Below the pieces are notes generated by a model. The model was not told the DNA's origin and made no database searches. It saw nothing but the letters and a program-made list of their open reading frames with translations. The translations under genes were made by a program, and so were the position numbers. From the NCBI GenBank assembly GCA_042217235.1, contig JBDGTB010000037.1, positions 12,544 to 76,543 on the forward strand: DNA of 64,000 nucleotides, written 5' to 3'. Positions 44,311-53,389 of this stretch are shown here, piece by piece. Every line of letters begins with the position of its first letter. Within the stretch, counting starts at the first letter, position 1. This DNA is from Haloferacaceae archaeon (GTDB taxonomy: Archaea > Halobacteriota > Halobacteria > Halobacteriales > Haloferacaceae).

Positions 44311-45078
44311 TCAGGTGCGGTAGTCGAGTTCGATCTCGTCGACGACGCCGAGGAGTTCGCTCCGGATCTCGGTCCGGTGGGCGTCGTCGTCGATGCGTCG
44401 GGCGGGGCCGGAGACGCTGACCGCGCCGAGCACGCGGCCGTTCGCGTCGAGGACGGGCGCGCCGACGGCCTCGAGCCCCTCGATCCGCTCCTCGCGGTTG
44501 GTGGCGTAGCCCCGCTCCCGGACCGTCGCCAACCGCTCGTCCAGCTCCGCACGGTCGGTGATCGTCCGCTCGGTCAGCGCCGGCAGCCCCCAGCGGTCGA
44601 CGATCGCGTCCACGCGCGTCTCGGGCAGGTGCGCCAGGATCGACTTCCCCGCGGCGTTGGTGTGGAGGTACCGCGGGTCGCCGATCCGCGCGTCGGTCCG
44701 TACCGACCGGTGGCCCCGGTAGCGGACGACGTGGATGCCGCGTCCGTGCTCCTCCAGCATGAACTGCACGCGCTCGCCCGTGTCGCTCGCCAGCCGCTTG
44801 ATCTTCCGCTTGACGACGGGGTAGATGTCGCGCCTGGCGCGCGCGGCCGTCCCGGCGTTGAGAAATCGAAGCCCCACGTGGTAGGTGTCGCCCTCCTTGA
44901 CGACGTAGCGACGTGATTCGAGCGTCGCGAGGTGGCCGTGGACGGTGCTTTTGGCCATGTCGAGCGACTCGGCGACGTCGGTCACCCGTCCGCCGCCGAG
45001 CGCCTGGAGACATTCGATGATGTCGAACGCTCTGTCGACGGATCGAACGCGCGTTCCGGACTCGTCACGACTCGACAT
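44311..45078 (-). CDS. IclR-family transcriptional regulator (paralog 2)
   Basis: MAKSTVHGHLATLESRRYV HTH and GKSILAHLP...ERGYATN effector domain. Its stop is only 3 nt from the rdfA-like ATG. It is the C-terminal part of track ORF 44311..45687. Confidence 0.9.
   Translation of the reverse strand: MSSRDESGTRVRSVDRAFDIIECLQALGGGRVTDVAESLDMAKSTVHGHLATLESRRYVVKEGDTYHVGLRFLNAGTAARARRDIYPVVKRKIKRLASDTGERVQFMLEEHGRGIHVVRYRGHRSVRTDARIGDPRYLHTNAAGKSILAHLPETRVDAIVDRWGLPALTERTITDRAELDERLATVRERGYATNREERIEGLEAVGAPVLDANGRVLGAVSVSGPARRIDDDAHRTEIRSELLGVVDEIELDYRT
44501..44640 (-). repeat. 140-bp segment of iclR paralog 2, inverted partner of 41129..41268
   Basis: Same hand alignment as for the partner segment. 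Confidence 0.7.
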
Positions 45079-45093
45079 GGGGATAGATGCAGG

Positions 45094-45106
45094 TCTCGAT
45101 TCGAGA
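45094..45106. promoter_or_regulatory. palindrome TCTCGA-T-TCGAGA between the TATA-like box and ATG of iclR paralog 2 (candidate auto-operator)
   Basis: Read directly from the sequence. ctttatg (45109-45115, minus strand) lies just upstream of it and the ATG at 45078 just downstream. Confidence 0.45.
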
Positions 45107-45241
45107 TACATAAAGTTCGGCCATCGCGGACAGTCCGCGGCGCAGTCGGGGAGACCGCGTCGTGCGCGCGTCTGACGCCGCGTGTGGCGGTCGAGCGGCG
45201 TCGAGCCCCGAACGAGGGGGACGAACACCCGCGAGTCGCCG

Positions 45242-45256
45242 GACGAATCGTTCGTC
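45242..45256. promoter_or_regulatory. palindrome GACGAA-tcg-TTCGTC within a cluster of GACGAAC repeats
   Basis: GACGAAC-type heptamers occur at 45220, 45242, 45260 and 45281 (plus the inverted copy 45251-45256), upstream of the NicX/M29-like gene. Confidence 0.4.
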
Positions 45257-45352
45257 GATGACGAACAGCAGTTCACCAGGGACGAACGATGTCGACGAGT
45301 GTCGTTGACGGAGATCACAACGTATCTAAACCCGGCCGTCGGGTCCCTGCCC

Positions 45353-46330
45353 ATGGATTCGGTTCGCGAGATGAAAGGCGCGAGCATCGTGGTGGAGACG
45401 TGTGCGGCGGTCGAGCCGGGGGAGGACGTGCTCGTCGTCACCGACTGGGAGGTCGCCGACGTGGCCGAACGCGTCGCCGCGGCGGCCAACGAGCGGGGCG
45501 CGAACGTCACGCTGACCTCGATGGACCCGCGCGAGTACGACGGCAACGAGCCGGAGTCGACGGTCGCGGCGGCGATGCTGGAGGCCGACGTGGTCATCAC
45601 GCCGGTCCACCGCTCTATCACCCACTCGCAGGCGGTCTCCGAGGCCGCCGAGAACGGCGCCCGGGTCATCAGCATGGTGAAGTTCACGCCCGAGCAGCTG
45701 GTTCGGGGCGGGCTGTACGCCGACTACGAGGGGATGCGGCCGCACTGCGAGGAGATGGCCCGGAAGTTCGGCGAGGCCGACGAGGCACGCGTCACCTCGC
45801 CGCAGGGGACCGACGTCACCGTCGGCCTCTCGGGCCGGGACGGCAACGCCCACCCGGGCATCGCCGACGAGCCCGGCGAGTTCACGGCGCTCGTCCACAT
45901 CGAGGCGAACGTCTCGCCGGTCGAGGGAACCACCGAGGGGACGGTCGTGTTCGACGGCGCGATCCCGAACCTCGACATCGGCGTGCTCGAGGAGCCGGTC
46001 GAGATGGACATCGCCGACGGCGCGGTGACCGACGTGCGCGGCGGGAAGGCCGCCGACAAGATCGCCCGGGTCTGGGCCGAACACGACGACCCCGCCGTCT
46101 ACAACATCGCCCAGCTCGCGGTCGGCATGAACCCGAAATGCGAGGAGTTCAACGGCTGGTTCTCGAACGACCACGGCCGGTACGGCAACGTCCACTTCGG
46201 GATCGGCACGTCGAGCAACCTCGGCGGGACAACCCGCGCGCCCGTCCACTTCGACGCGATGATGGCCGAGCCGACGCTCGAGCTCGACGGCGAGGTCGTC
46301 GTCGAGGACGGCGAGTTCACGTTCTTCTGA
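45353..46330 (+). CDS. M29-aminopeptidase-fold / NicX (2,5-dihydroxypyridine dioxygenase)-like protein, paralog 1
   Basis: About 325 aa, with ...HFGIGTSSNLGGTTRAPVHFDAMM... near the C-terminus. Start at MDSVREMKG, with tatctaaa centred about 27 nt upstream. Confidence 0.75.
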   Translation: MDSVREMKGASIVVETCAAVEPGEDVLVVTDWEVADVAERVAAAANERGANVTLTSMDPREYDGNEPESTVAAAMLEADVVITPVHRSITHSQAVSEAAENGARVISMVKFTPEQLVRGGLYADYEGMRPHCEEMARKFGEADEARVTSPQGTDVTVGLSGRDGNAHPGIADEPGEFTALVHIEANVSPVEGTTEGTVVFDGAIPNLDIGVLEEPVEMDIADGAVTDVRGGKAADKIARVWAEHDDPAVYNIAQLAVGMNPKCEEFNGWFSNDHGRYGNVHFGIGTSSNLGGTTRAPVHFDAMMAEPTLELDGEVVVEDGEFTFF

Positions 46331-46331
46331 C

Positions 46332-47585
46332 GTGCGGAGCCCGCTCGCCGGACTCAGCGACCCGCGGCGCGTCGGCCTCGTGAGCGTCGCCCACGGGCTC
46401 AACGAGTTCTACGCGATCGTCCTGCCGCCGCTGTTCCCGCTTCTCGTCGCGGACCTCTCTATCTCCTACGCGCAGGCGGGGACGCTCCTCACCGTCTTCT
46501 TCCTGATGTACGCCGCGTTCCAGCTCCCGGCCGGCCTGCTCGCCGACCGGGTCGGGAAGTTCCGACTCGTGCTCGCGGGGATCGTCGTCCTCGGCGGCGG
46601 CGTCCTGCTGATGGCGCTGGCGCCGGACTACCGCACCCTCCTCGCGGCGCAGGTGGTCGCCGGGATCGGCGGCAGCACCTACCACCCCGCCGGCATGTCG
46701 CTGATCAGCGACCTCGAAACGGGCGAGACGGAGGGGCGCGCGATGGGCTTTCACGGCGCCGTCGGCACCGCTGGCGTCGCGCTCTCGCCGGCCCTGCTCG
46801 GCGGCCTGACGCTCGTCGTCGACTGGCGGACCGCCCTCGCTGTCGCCGGCGGCGTGGGGCTGGCCGCCGCGCTCGTCCTCCGGCTGGCGTACGACCCGCC
46901 GGAGCGGACGACGGAGGATGCCGCGGACCTCGACGCGGGCGCCGTCACCGGGACGATCCGCGAGCGCCTCCGCTCGGCGCTCCGGGTCCCCGTGACTGAC
47001 CAGCTGCTGGTCCTCCTCCTGCTCCACGCCTTCGTGTCGATGCTGACCCGCGCCGTCCAGACGTTCACCACGTCGTTCGTCTTCGCCGGCGGGACGGGGA
47101 CGCTGACGGGGGGCAACGCCGCGTTCGTCGCCCTCCTGGTCGGGAGCGGCACCGCCTCCCTCTGGTTCGGCGGGCTCGCCGACCGGATGAACCGCCACCG
47201 GCTCGGCGTCGCCGTCTCCCTCGTCACCGCGGCGCTCCTCGGGTCGACGCTGTTCCTGCCCGCGTCGGTGCCGCTGGTCGCCCTGCTGCCCTGGTTTTTC
47301 GTCATCGGGGTGGCGACGTACTCGGTCACGCCGGTGAAAAACGCCATCGCGTCGGCGTACAGCGAACGGGGGTTCAGCGGCGGCGCGTTCGGCCTGCTCC
47401 AGAGCGCGTCGGCGGTCGGGAGCGCGGTCGCCCCCGCGCTCTTCGGCTTCCTCGCGGACCGCTGGGGGGTCGTCGCCGCCTACCCCGCGATCGGCGCCGT
47501 CTGTGCGCTGATCGCCGTCTGCTTTCTCGTGCTCGCCGTCCGCGGCGAGCCCACGCCGCTGCCGGGGTTCGCCGGGGAGGTCTGA
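46332..47585 (+). CDS. MFS transporter
   Basis: GTG start 2 nt after the upstream stop. FQLPAGLLADRVG motif and polytopic. Confidence 0.85.
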   Translation: MRSPLAGLSDPRRVGLVSVAHGLNEFYAIVLPPLFPLLVADLSISYAQAGTLLTVFFLMYAAFQLPAGLLADRVGKFRLVLAGIVVLGGGVLLMALAPDYRTLLAAQVVAGIGGSTYHPAGMSLISDLETGETEGRAMGFHGAVGTAGVALSPALLGGLTLVVDWRTALAVAGGVGLAAALVLRLAYDPPERTTEDAADLDAGAVTGTIRERLRSALRVPVTDQLLVLLLLHAFVSMLTRAVQTFTTSFVFAGGTGTLTGGNAAFVALLVGSGTASLWFGGLADRMNRHRLGVAVSLVTAALLGSTLFLPASVPLVALLPWFFVIGVATYSVTPVKNAIASAYSERGFSGGAFGLLQSASAVGSAVAPALFGFLADRWGVVAAYPAIGAVCALIAVCFLVLAVRGEPTPLPGFAGEV

Positions 47586-47645
47586 CCCGGCCGCGGCCGG
47601 CGAGCCGGCGCGGATTGCGGCCGCCTCCGTTCCGCCCGTCGCCGC

Positions 47646-48743
47646 TCAGCGGAACTGCTCGAGCGCGTCGTCGTCGAGTCGGACGCCGATCCCCGGCCCG
47701 TCGGGCAGCCGCACCGTGCCGTCCTCCATCGAGAGCGCCGGCTCGAACGGCTCCTCGGCCATCTTGAGCGGGCCGACGGTCTCGACGGGACGGAAGACGG
47801 CGTCGTTGGCGGCGACGAGGGCGAGCTCGGCGGCCGCGGCCGGCGAGAGACAGAAGCCGTGCCCGACGACCGGCTGGACGCCCGCCGCGGCGGCGACGTC
47901 GATCGCCGCCTGACACGCCCGGAGCCCGCCGAGCCGGAGCGTCTTGAGCTTCACCCGGTCCGCGGCCCCCCGGCGCAGTATCTCGAACAGCGCGTCCAGG
48001 TCGGTCACCGGCTCGTCGGCCATGATCGTCGTCGACGTCGACTCGGTCAGGCGGGCGAGCCCGTCGAGGTTCCCCTGTGGGACGGGCTGTTCGAGGTGGG
48101 CGAGGCCGAGCGGCTCGGCCGACTGCGCCAGCTCGATCGCCGCCTCGACGTCGTCGTAGCCGCCGTTGACGTCCGCCCGGACCGCCATCCGGTCGCCGAC
48201 GCGCTCGGTCACGCGACGGAGCCGCGCCACGTCCGCCTCCAGGTCGCCGCTCAGCTTCAGCTTGCAGGAGGTGAACCCGCGGTCGAGCCACTCGGCGGCC
48301 TCGTCGGCCATGGCGCCGGGGTCGTCGATCCCGACCCACGCGTTCAGCGGCTCCTCCTCGCGGTCGGTCCCGCCGAAGAGGTCGGCCACGCCCAGCCCGT
48401 GCTCCCGGCCGTAGAGGTCGAGGAAGGCCGTCTCGACGGCGAAGGCCGTGTTGGGGCCGACCCCCTCGACCCCGTCGAGGCGGTCCCGGAGGCCGTTGAG
48501 GTGGGTCGGCGGGTCGTCGAGGACCGCCGGCAGCGCCCGTTCGACCTCGGCGGCGACGTCGCCCGGCGTCTGTCGGGAGTAGCCCGGCGACGGGTCGGCG
48601 GTGGCGATCCCGCGCGCGCCGTCCGCGGTTTCGAGGGTCACGAGCACCGACTCCATCGTCGAGAGCGCCGCGTGTTTCGAGGACGCGTAGTTCCCCCGCA
48701 TCGGAACCTCGAACTGGACGACGTCGAAGTCGTTGAGTCGCAT
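47646..48743 (-). CDS. enolase-superfamily enzyme (dipeptide-epimerase / OSBS-NAAAR-like)
   Basis: KxK (SCKLKLSG), RADVNGGY, HLEQP, MADEP, and a second Lys in VKLKTLRLGG. A T6 box is centred about 29 nt upstream. Confidence 0.85.
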   Translation of the reverse strand: MRLNDFDVVQFEVPMRGNYASSKHAALSTMESVLVTLETADGARGIATADPSPGYSRQTPGDVAAEVERALPAVLDDPPTHLNGLRDRLDGVEGVGPNTAFAVETAFLDLYGREHGLGVADLFGGTDREEEPLNAWVGIDDPGAMADEAAEWLDRGFTSCKLKLSGDLEADVARLRRVTERVGDRMAVRADVNGGYDDVEAAIELAQSAEPLGLAHLEQPVPQGNLDGLARLTESTSTTIMADEPVTDLDALFEILRRGAADRVKLKTLRLGGLRACQAAIDVAAAAGVQPVVGHGFCLSPAAAAELALVAANDAVFRPVETVGPLKMAEEPFEPALSMEDGTVRLPDGPGIGVRLDDDALEQFR

Positions 48744-48831
48744 CGCCCCGGGTTCGGGGCGCGGGGGTCAAAAAACCGCACGTCAGAGCCCCACACGCCG
48801 TTCGCGACTCTGCCCGATCAACCAAGACAGA

Positions 48832-48837
48832 TTTATT
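48832..48837 (+). promoter_or_regulatory. TATA box for the small-membrane-protein/ABC operon
   Basis: TTTATT centred 29 nt upstream of ATG 48864. Confidence 0.5.
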
Positions 48838-48863
48838 AACCTCGGGTACGGGCTTGAGATCGC

Positions 48864-49181
48864 ATGTCAAGCGAATCGTCAAGTGAAACGCCTGCGATAA
48901 TCGAGTACCTCCTCGACGAGGAGTACGTGCTGGGCACGCTGATCTACGTCATCGTGTGCATCCCGCTGTACTTCTGGTTCGAGGGGCCGGTCGGGATCGC
49001 GGGGACGGTGTACCCGTCCGTGGTCATCTTCGCGATGGTCACCGGGTCGCTCCTGCTGGTACCGATGATCGCAAAGATACTCCGAACGCAGTTCGGCGTC
49101 GGGGTGCCGGAGAACCTCGAGCGCATCCAAGGCGGTGCGTTTAAGGATTCGCTCGGTACGCTCTCACAGGAGGAGGACTGA
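48864..49181 (+). CDS. small two-helix membrane protein preceding the ABC genes
   Basis: 105 aa with acidic termini and two hydrophobic segments. TTTATT is centred 29 nt upstream of the ATG. Confidence 0.6.
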   Translation: MSSESSSETPAIIEYLLDEEYVLGTLIYVIVCIPLYFWFEGPVGIAGTVYPSVVIFAMVTGSLLLVPMIAKILRTQFGVGVPENLERIQGGAFKDSLGTLSQEED

Positions 49182-49187
49182 TCGCTC

Positions 49188-50354
49188 ATGGTTCAAGCAG
49201 AACTCGACAACATGCGGAAGGAGTTCAACGACGGACAGGTCATCGCCGTCGACGACATCAGCCTCACCATCGACGAGGGTGAGCTGATCGTCCTCGTCGG
49301 GCCGTCGGGGTGCGGGAAATCGACGACGCTCCGGTGCATCGCCGGTCTGGAGTCGCTCACGTCGGGGGAGATCCGGTTCGACGGCGTGGACGTGACGGGC
49401 CTCCCGCCGAAGGACCGTCGCATCTCGATGGTGTTCCAGAACTACGCGCTGTACCCGTCGATGACGGTCTACGAGAACATGGCCTTCGGCCTGAAGATGC
49501 GCGGGGTCGAGCGCAAGCGCATCGACGAGCAGGTCACCTGGGCCGCCAACATGATGGAGATCGGGGACCTGCTCGACCGGTACCCGATGGAGCTCTCCGG
49601 CGGGCAACAGCAGCGCGTCGCCCTCGGGCGCGCCATCGTCCGCGACCCGACCCTCTTCCTGCTCGACGAGCCGCTGTCGAACCTGGACGCCAAGCTCCGC
49701 GCCGTGATGCGGACGGAGATCCAGGAGCTCCAGAAGGAGCTCGGCGTCGCCGCGGTGTTCGTCACCCACGACCAGGAGGAGGCGATGACCATGGGCGACC
49801 GCATCGTCGTCATGAACGCCGGCCGCATCGAGCAGGTGGCCGAGCCCGAGGTCATCTACCACGACCCGGCCTCCATCTTCGTGGCCGACTTCATCGGCAG
49901 CCCGGCGATCAACTTCTTCGTGGCCGACTTCGACGGCGAGTCCGTCGGCAACGAGACGTTCTCGAAGGAGCTCCCGGAGGAGCTCCAGGACGCGCTCGAG
50001 GCCGAGCTGAACGACGAACAGCTGGTCGTCGGCATCCGGCCCGAGCACATGTACACCACCGACGCGGGCGAGGGCCTGTTCGACGTGGACGTCGAGGTCA
50101 TCGAGCCGCTGGGCAACACCCAGATCGTCTACTTCGAGATCGACGACGAGCGGTACAACCTCGTCGTGCCCGCGACGGCGGACCTCGACGAGGGCGAGCG
50201 CGTCGGCGTCGAGTTCGAGTGGCCCCACGCCCACTTCTTCAAGCCGGAGGGCGGCAAGGCCGCCAAGTGGATGAACGTCGTGGAGAGCGCCGAAAGCATC
50301 GGGTTCGTCCACGGGGACGAGGGCCCGGACGCGGTCAAGACGGGTGACGATTAA
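49188..50354 (+). CDS. ABC transporter ATP-binding protein (MalK/UgpC-type, CUT1)
   Basis: Walker A GPSGCGKST, signature LSGGQQQR, Walker B LFLLDEPLS, and a C-terminal TOBE-like domain. Confidence 0.93.
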   Translation: MVQAELDNMRKEFNDGQVIAVDDISLTIDEGELIVLVGPSGCGKSTTLRCIAGLESLTSGEIRFDGVDVTGLPPKDRRISMVFQNYALYPSMTVYENMAFGLKMRGVERKRIDEQVTWAANMMEIGDLLDRYPMELSGGQQQRVALGRAIVRDPTLFLLDEPLSNLDAKLRAVMRTEIQELQKELGVAAVFVTHDQEEAMTMGDRIVVMNAGRIEQVAEPEVIYHDPASIFVADFIGSPAINFFVADFDGESVGNETFSKELPEELQDALEAELNDEQLVVGIRPEHMYTTDAGEGLFDVDVEVIEPLGNTQIVYFEIDDERYNLVVPATADLDEGERVGVEFEWPHAHFFKPEGGKAAKWMNVVESAESIGFVHGDEGPDAVKTGDD

Positions 50355-50356
50355 GG

Positions 50357-51301
50357 ATGGCCGCGCCGACTGCCGAACAACTCGGTGAAGACAGGTCGCT
50401 GTTCAGCCGGCTGCTCGACGAGTACTCGTCCCTGCAGGGGCTGGTGTTCATCGCGCCAACGCTGGCGATCCTCACGGGGATCATCTTCTGGCCGATGTTC
50501 AACGACGCGTTCCTGCTCAGCTTCAAGGAGTACACGCTGAGCCTCTCCGAGCCCAACCCCTGGATCGGACTGGAGAACTACCGCTACTGGATCGTCGGCA
50601 ACGGGAGCCAGCTGCTGTACTTCAGCATCAAGCAGACGATCCTCTACGAGTTCATCGTCGTCCCGCTCGACCTCCTCGTGGCGATGTCGATCGCCATCGT
50701 GCTCAACGAGAACTACCCCGCCCGCTGGTTCTGGCGGGGCTTCGCCCTGACCGGCTACGCCAGCCCGACGGTCGCCGCCGGCCTGGTGTTCGCGGTCATG
50801 GCCGACGCCGCCTCCTACGGCGTCGTCTACCACCTGTTCAACTTCTTCTTCGAGGTCTCCCAGCAGGGGGGGCTGACCTCGAACTCCCCGTGGGCGTTCT
50901 GGGTCGTCGTGTTCGCGAAGGTGTGGCGTGACTTCGGGTTCATGTTCATCATCATCCTCGCGGCGCTGCAGTCGATCCCCGACGCGCTCTACGAGATCTC
51001 GCGGGTCGACGGCGCCGGTCCGTTCCAGCGGTTCCGACACATCACCCTGCCGCACATCAGCACGGCCGTCGTGACGGTCGTGATGATCCGAACGGTGTTC
51101 ACGGTCGGGAAACTGGAGATCCCGTACGCAGTCACCCGTGGCGGTCCGGTCAACCAGACCACGGTGCTGGCGCTGCTGATGTTCCGGGCGTCCAGCGGGT
51201 TCCGCGAGAACCTCGGGCGCGTGGCCGCGCTCGGCATCATGTTCGTGGTCGTGCTCGTACCGCTCATCGCAATGTGGATCAAACTGGAGACGGAGGACTA
51301 A
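50357..51301 (+). CDS. carbohydrate-type ABC transporter permease
   Basis: Polytopic, with an EAA-like loop (YEISRVDGAGPFQRFRHITLP). Confidence 0.9.
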   Translation: MAAPTAEQLGEDRSLFSRLLDEYSSLQGLVFIAPTLAILTGIIFWPMFNDAFLLSFKEYTLSLSEPNPWIGLENYRYWIVGNGSQLLYFSIKQTILYEFIVVPLDLLVAMSIAIVLNENYPARWFWRGFALTGYASPTVAAGLVFAVMADAASYGVVYHLFNFFFEVSQQGGLTSNSPWAFWVVVFAKVWRDFGFMFIIILAALQSIPDALYEISRVDGAGPFQRFRHITLPHISTAVVTVVMIRTVFTVGKLEIPYAVTRGGPVNQTTVLALLMFRASSGFRENLGRVAALGIMFVVVLVPLIAMWIKLETED

Positions 51302-51304
51302 CCG

Positions 51305-52225
51305 ATGGCAACGCAATCAGGCTCTGACGGATTCACGGTCGAGGGCGGCGACGAGGGGATGTTCTCCCACCTCAACTGGGACGAACACATCAAGCCGCCG
51401 CTGAAGTACATCGCGCTGGCCGTCGTGATGGCCTTCTGTGTCCTGCCGCTGTACTTCACCTTCGTCAACTCGCTGAAGTCGCCGGAGATGATCTTCACCT
51501 CCACGATGGGCATCCCGTGGGTGACGTTCCAGCCGGCGACCGGGCAGAACCAGGCGTGGGTGTCGATGTGGGAGTCGTTCCCCTTCATCAAGTACGTGTT
51601 CGCGTCGTTCATCGCGTCGTTCGGCACGGCGACGCTGGCGACCGGCATCGCCATCTCGGCGGCGTACGCCTTCGCCCGGCTCGATTTCCCGCAGAAGAAC
51701 AAGCTGTTCATCCTCAGCATCTGCGCGTTCATGTTCCCGCGCGCGATCATCGCCATCCCGATCTTCCTGCTGCTGAACAAGATGGGGATGCTGAACACCT
51801 ACGTCGGGCTCATCGTGGCGTTCACCTCCTTCACCCTGCCGTACAACATCTGGCTGCTCCGCGGGTTCTTCGAGGACCTGCCGGACAACCTGGAGGAGTC
51901 GGCCCGGGTCGACGGCTGCACGCAGTTCGGCGCGTTCTACCGCGTCATCCTGCCGCTCTCCCGGCCGGCGATCGCGAGCGTGTTCATGCTGGCGTTCCTG
52001 CTGGCGTGGCACAACTTCCTGCTCGCGTTCCTCATCGGCAACGACGACATCCACACGACGCTGCCCGTGGCCATCCTCTCGCTGAAGTCGCAGTTCTTCG
52101 TGCAGTCGTTCCACTTCATCCTGGCCGCGACCTTCCTGACGATGATCATCCCGGTCATCTTCTACATGTACCTGCAGAAGCACCTGGTCGAGGGGCTCAG
52201 CGCCGGCAGCGGCGTGAAGGGCTAA
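51305..52225 (+). CDS. carbohydrate-type ABC transporter permease
   Basis: Polytopic, with an EAA loop (EESARVDGCTQFGAFYRVILP). Confidence 0.9.
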   Translation: MATQSGSDGFTVEGGDEGMFSHLNWDEHIKPPLKYIALAVVMAFCVLPLYFTFVNSLKSPEMIFTSTMGIPWVTFQPATGQNQAWVSMWESFPFIKYVFASFIASFGTATLATGIAISAAYAFARLDFPQKNKLFILSICAFMFPRAIIAIPIFLLLNKMGMLNTYVGLIVAFTSFTLPYNIWLLRGFFEDLPDNLEESARVDGCTQFGAFYRVILPLSRPAIASVFMLAFLLAWHNFLLAFLIGNDDIHTTLPVAILSLKSQFFVQSFHFILAATFLTMIIPVIFYMYLQKHLVEGLSAGSGVKG

Positions 52226-52399
52226 CGCCCGACCGGGGTCTCGACTTCTCCTTTTCCGTTCTCGGTTCCCCCAGCGGCCGCGCCGTCCCGGTCGCCCCGC
52301 GCCAGCGGCGGGGGCGACCGACGTAGACCGCCGGACCGCGTCCCGCCGAGCGAGCAGACGGGAAGCTTTAACCGCGGCGGGCGTGGGGTGACACCACAC

Positions 52400-53389
52400 A
52401 TGATCGACCTGGAGATGGCGGAGGTCTCGCGGAAGGTGGCCGAGCAGCTGATGGCGATAGAGGCCGACGAGGAGGTGCTCGTGATCTCCGACCCGACGAA
52501 GGTGCCGGTCGGGCGGGCGCTGACGAACGCCGCCCGGGCCATCGGGTCGGACGCCCACCTGATCGTGATGCCCCAGCTCGACTCGCACGGCAACGAGCCG
52601 ACCGACGTCGTCGCCGAGGGGATGAAGGCGGCCGACGTGGTGTTCACCGCGACCACGCACGCGATCACGCACACGCGCTCGCGGCTGGCGGCGACGGAGA
52701 CGGGCACCCGCACGGCCATCCTCCGGGGCGTCACCGAGGAGATGATGGTCGAGGGGGGGATGAACACCGACTTCGAGGAGCTGCGGGAGGTCACGGAGGC
52801 GACCCGCGACGTGCTCGACGCCGCCGAGCGGGCGCACGTCACCAGCCCGGCCGGGACGGACGTGGAGATGGACCTGAGCGGGCGCTCGGCGTTCTCGCTC
52901 GACGGCTACTACCACGACAACTACGGCTTCGCGACGCTCCCGCCGGGCGAGGCGCCGACCTCCCCGGCCGAGGGGACGGCCGAGGGGACGGTCGTGATCG
53001 ACTACTCGATGGACAACATCGGCCGGGTCGACGAGCCGATCGAGCTCACCTTCGAGGAGGGGTTCGTCACCGAGATCGACGGCGGCTCCGACGCCGACCG
53101 GCTCCGCGACATCGTCGAGGAGGCCGACGAGAACGCCGGCAACATGGCCGAGTTCGCCATCGGCACCAACCCCGACGCCCGGCTGATCGGCAACCTCGCC
53201 GAGGACAAGAAGCTCGCCGGCACCGTCCACTTCGCCGTCGGCGACAACGAGAGCCTCGGCGGCTCGCTCCAGAGCAACATCCACCTCGACGGCCTCGTGT
53301 TGAACCCGCGGGTCCGCCTCGACGGGGAGGTCGTCGTCGAGGGCGGGGAGCTGCTCACCGACCGCGTCCGGGAGCTCGCCGGCCGGTAA
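52400..53389 (+). CDS. M29-aminopeptidase-fold / NicX-like protein, paralog 2
   Basis: Colinear with 45353..46330 from the first residue (MIDLEMAEV... versus MDSVREMKG...), with ...HFAVGDNESLGG...HLDG... The track start GTG 52388 remains possible. ctttaa is centred about 31 nt upstream of ATG 52400. Confidence 0.75.
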   Translation: MIDLEMAEVSRKVAEQLMAIEADEEVLVISDPTKVPVGRALTNAARAIGSDAHLIVMPQLDSHGNEPTDVVAEGMKAADVVFTATTHAITHTRSRLAATETGTRTAILRGVTEEMMVEGGMNTDFEELREVTEATRDVLDAAERAHVTSPAGTDVEMDLSGRSAFSLDGYYHDNYGFATLPPGEAPTSPAEGTAEGTVVIDYSMDNIGRVDEPIELTFEEGFVTEIDGGSDADRLRDIVEEADENAGNMAEFAIGTNPDARLIGNLAEDKKLAGTVHFAVGDNESLGGSLQSNIHLDGLVLNPRVRLDGEVVVEGGELLTDRVRELAGR

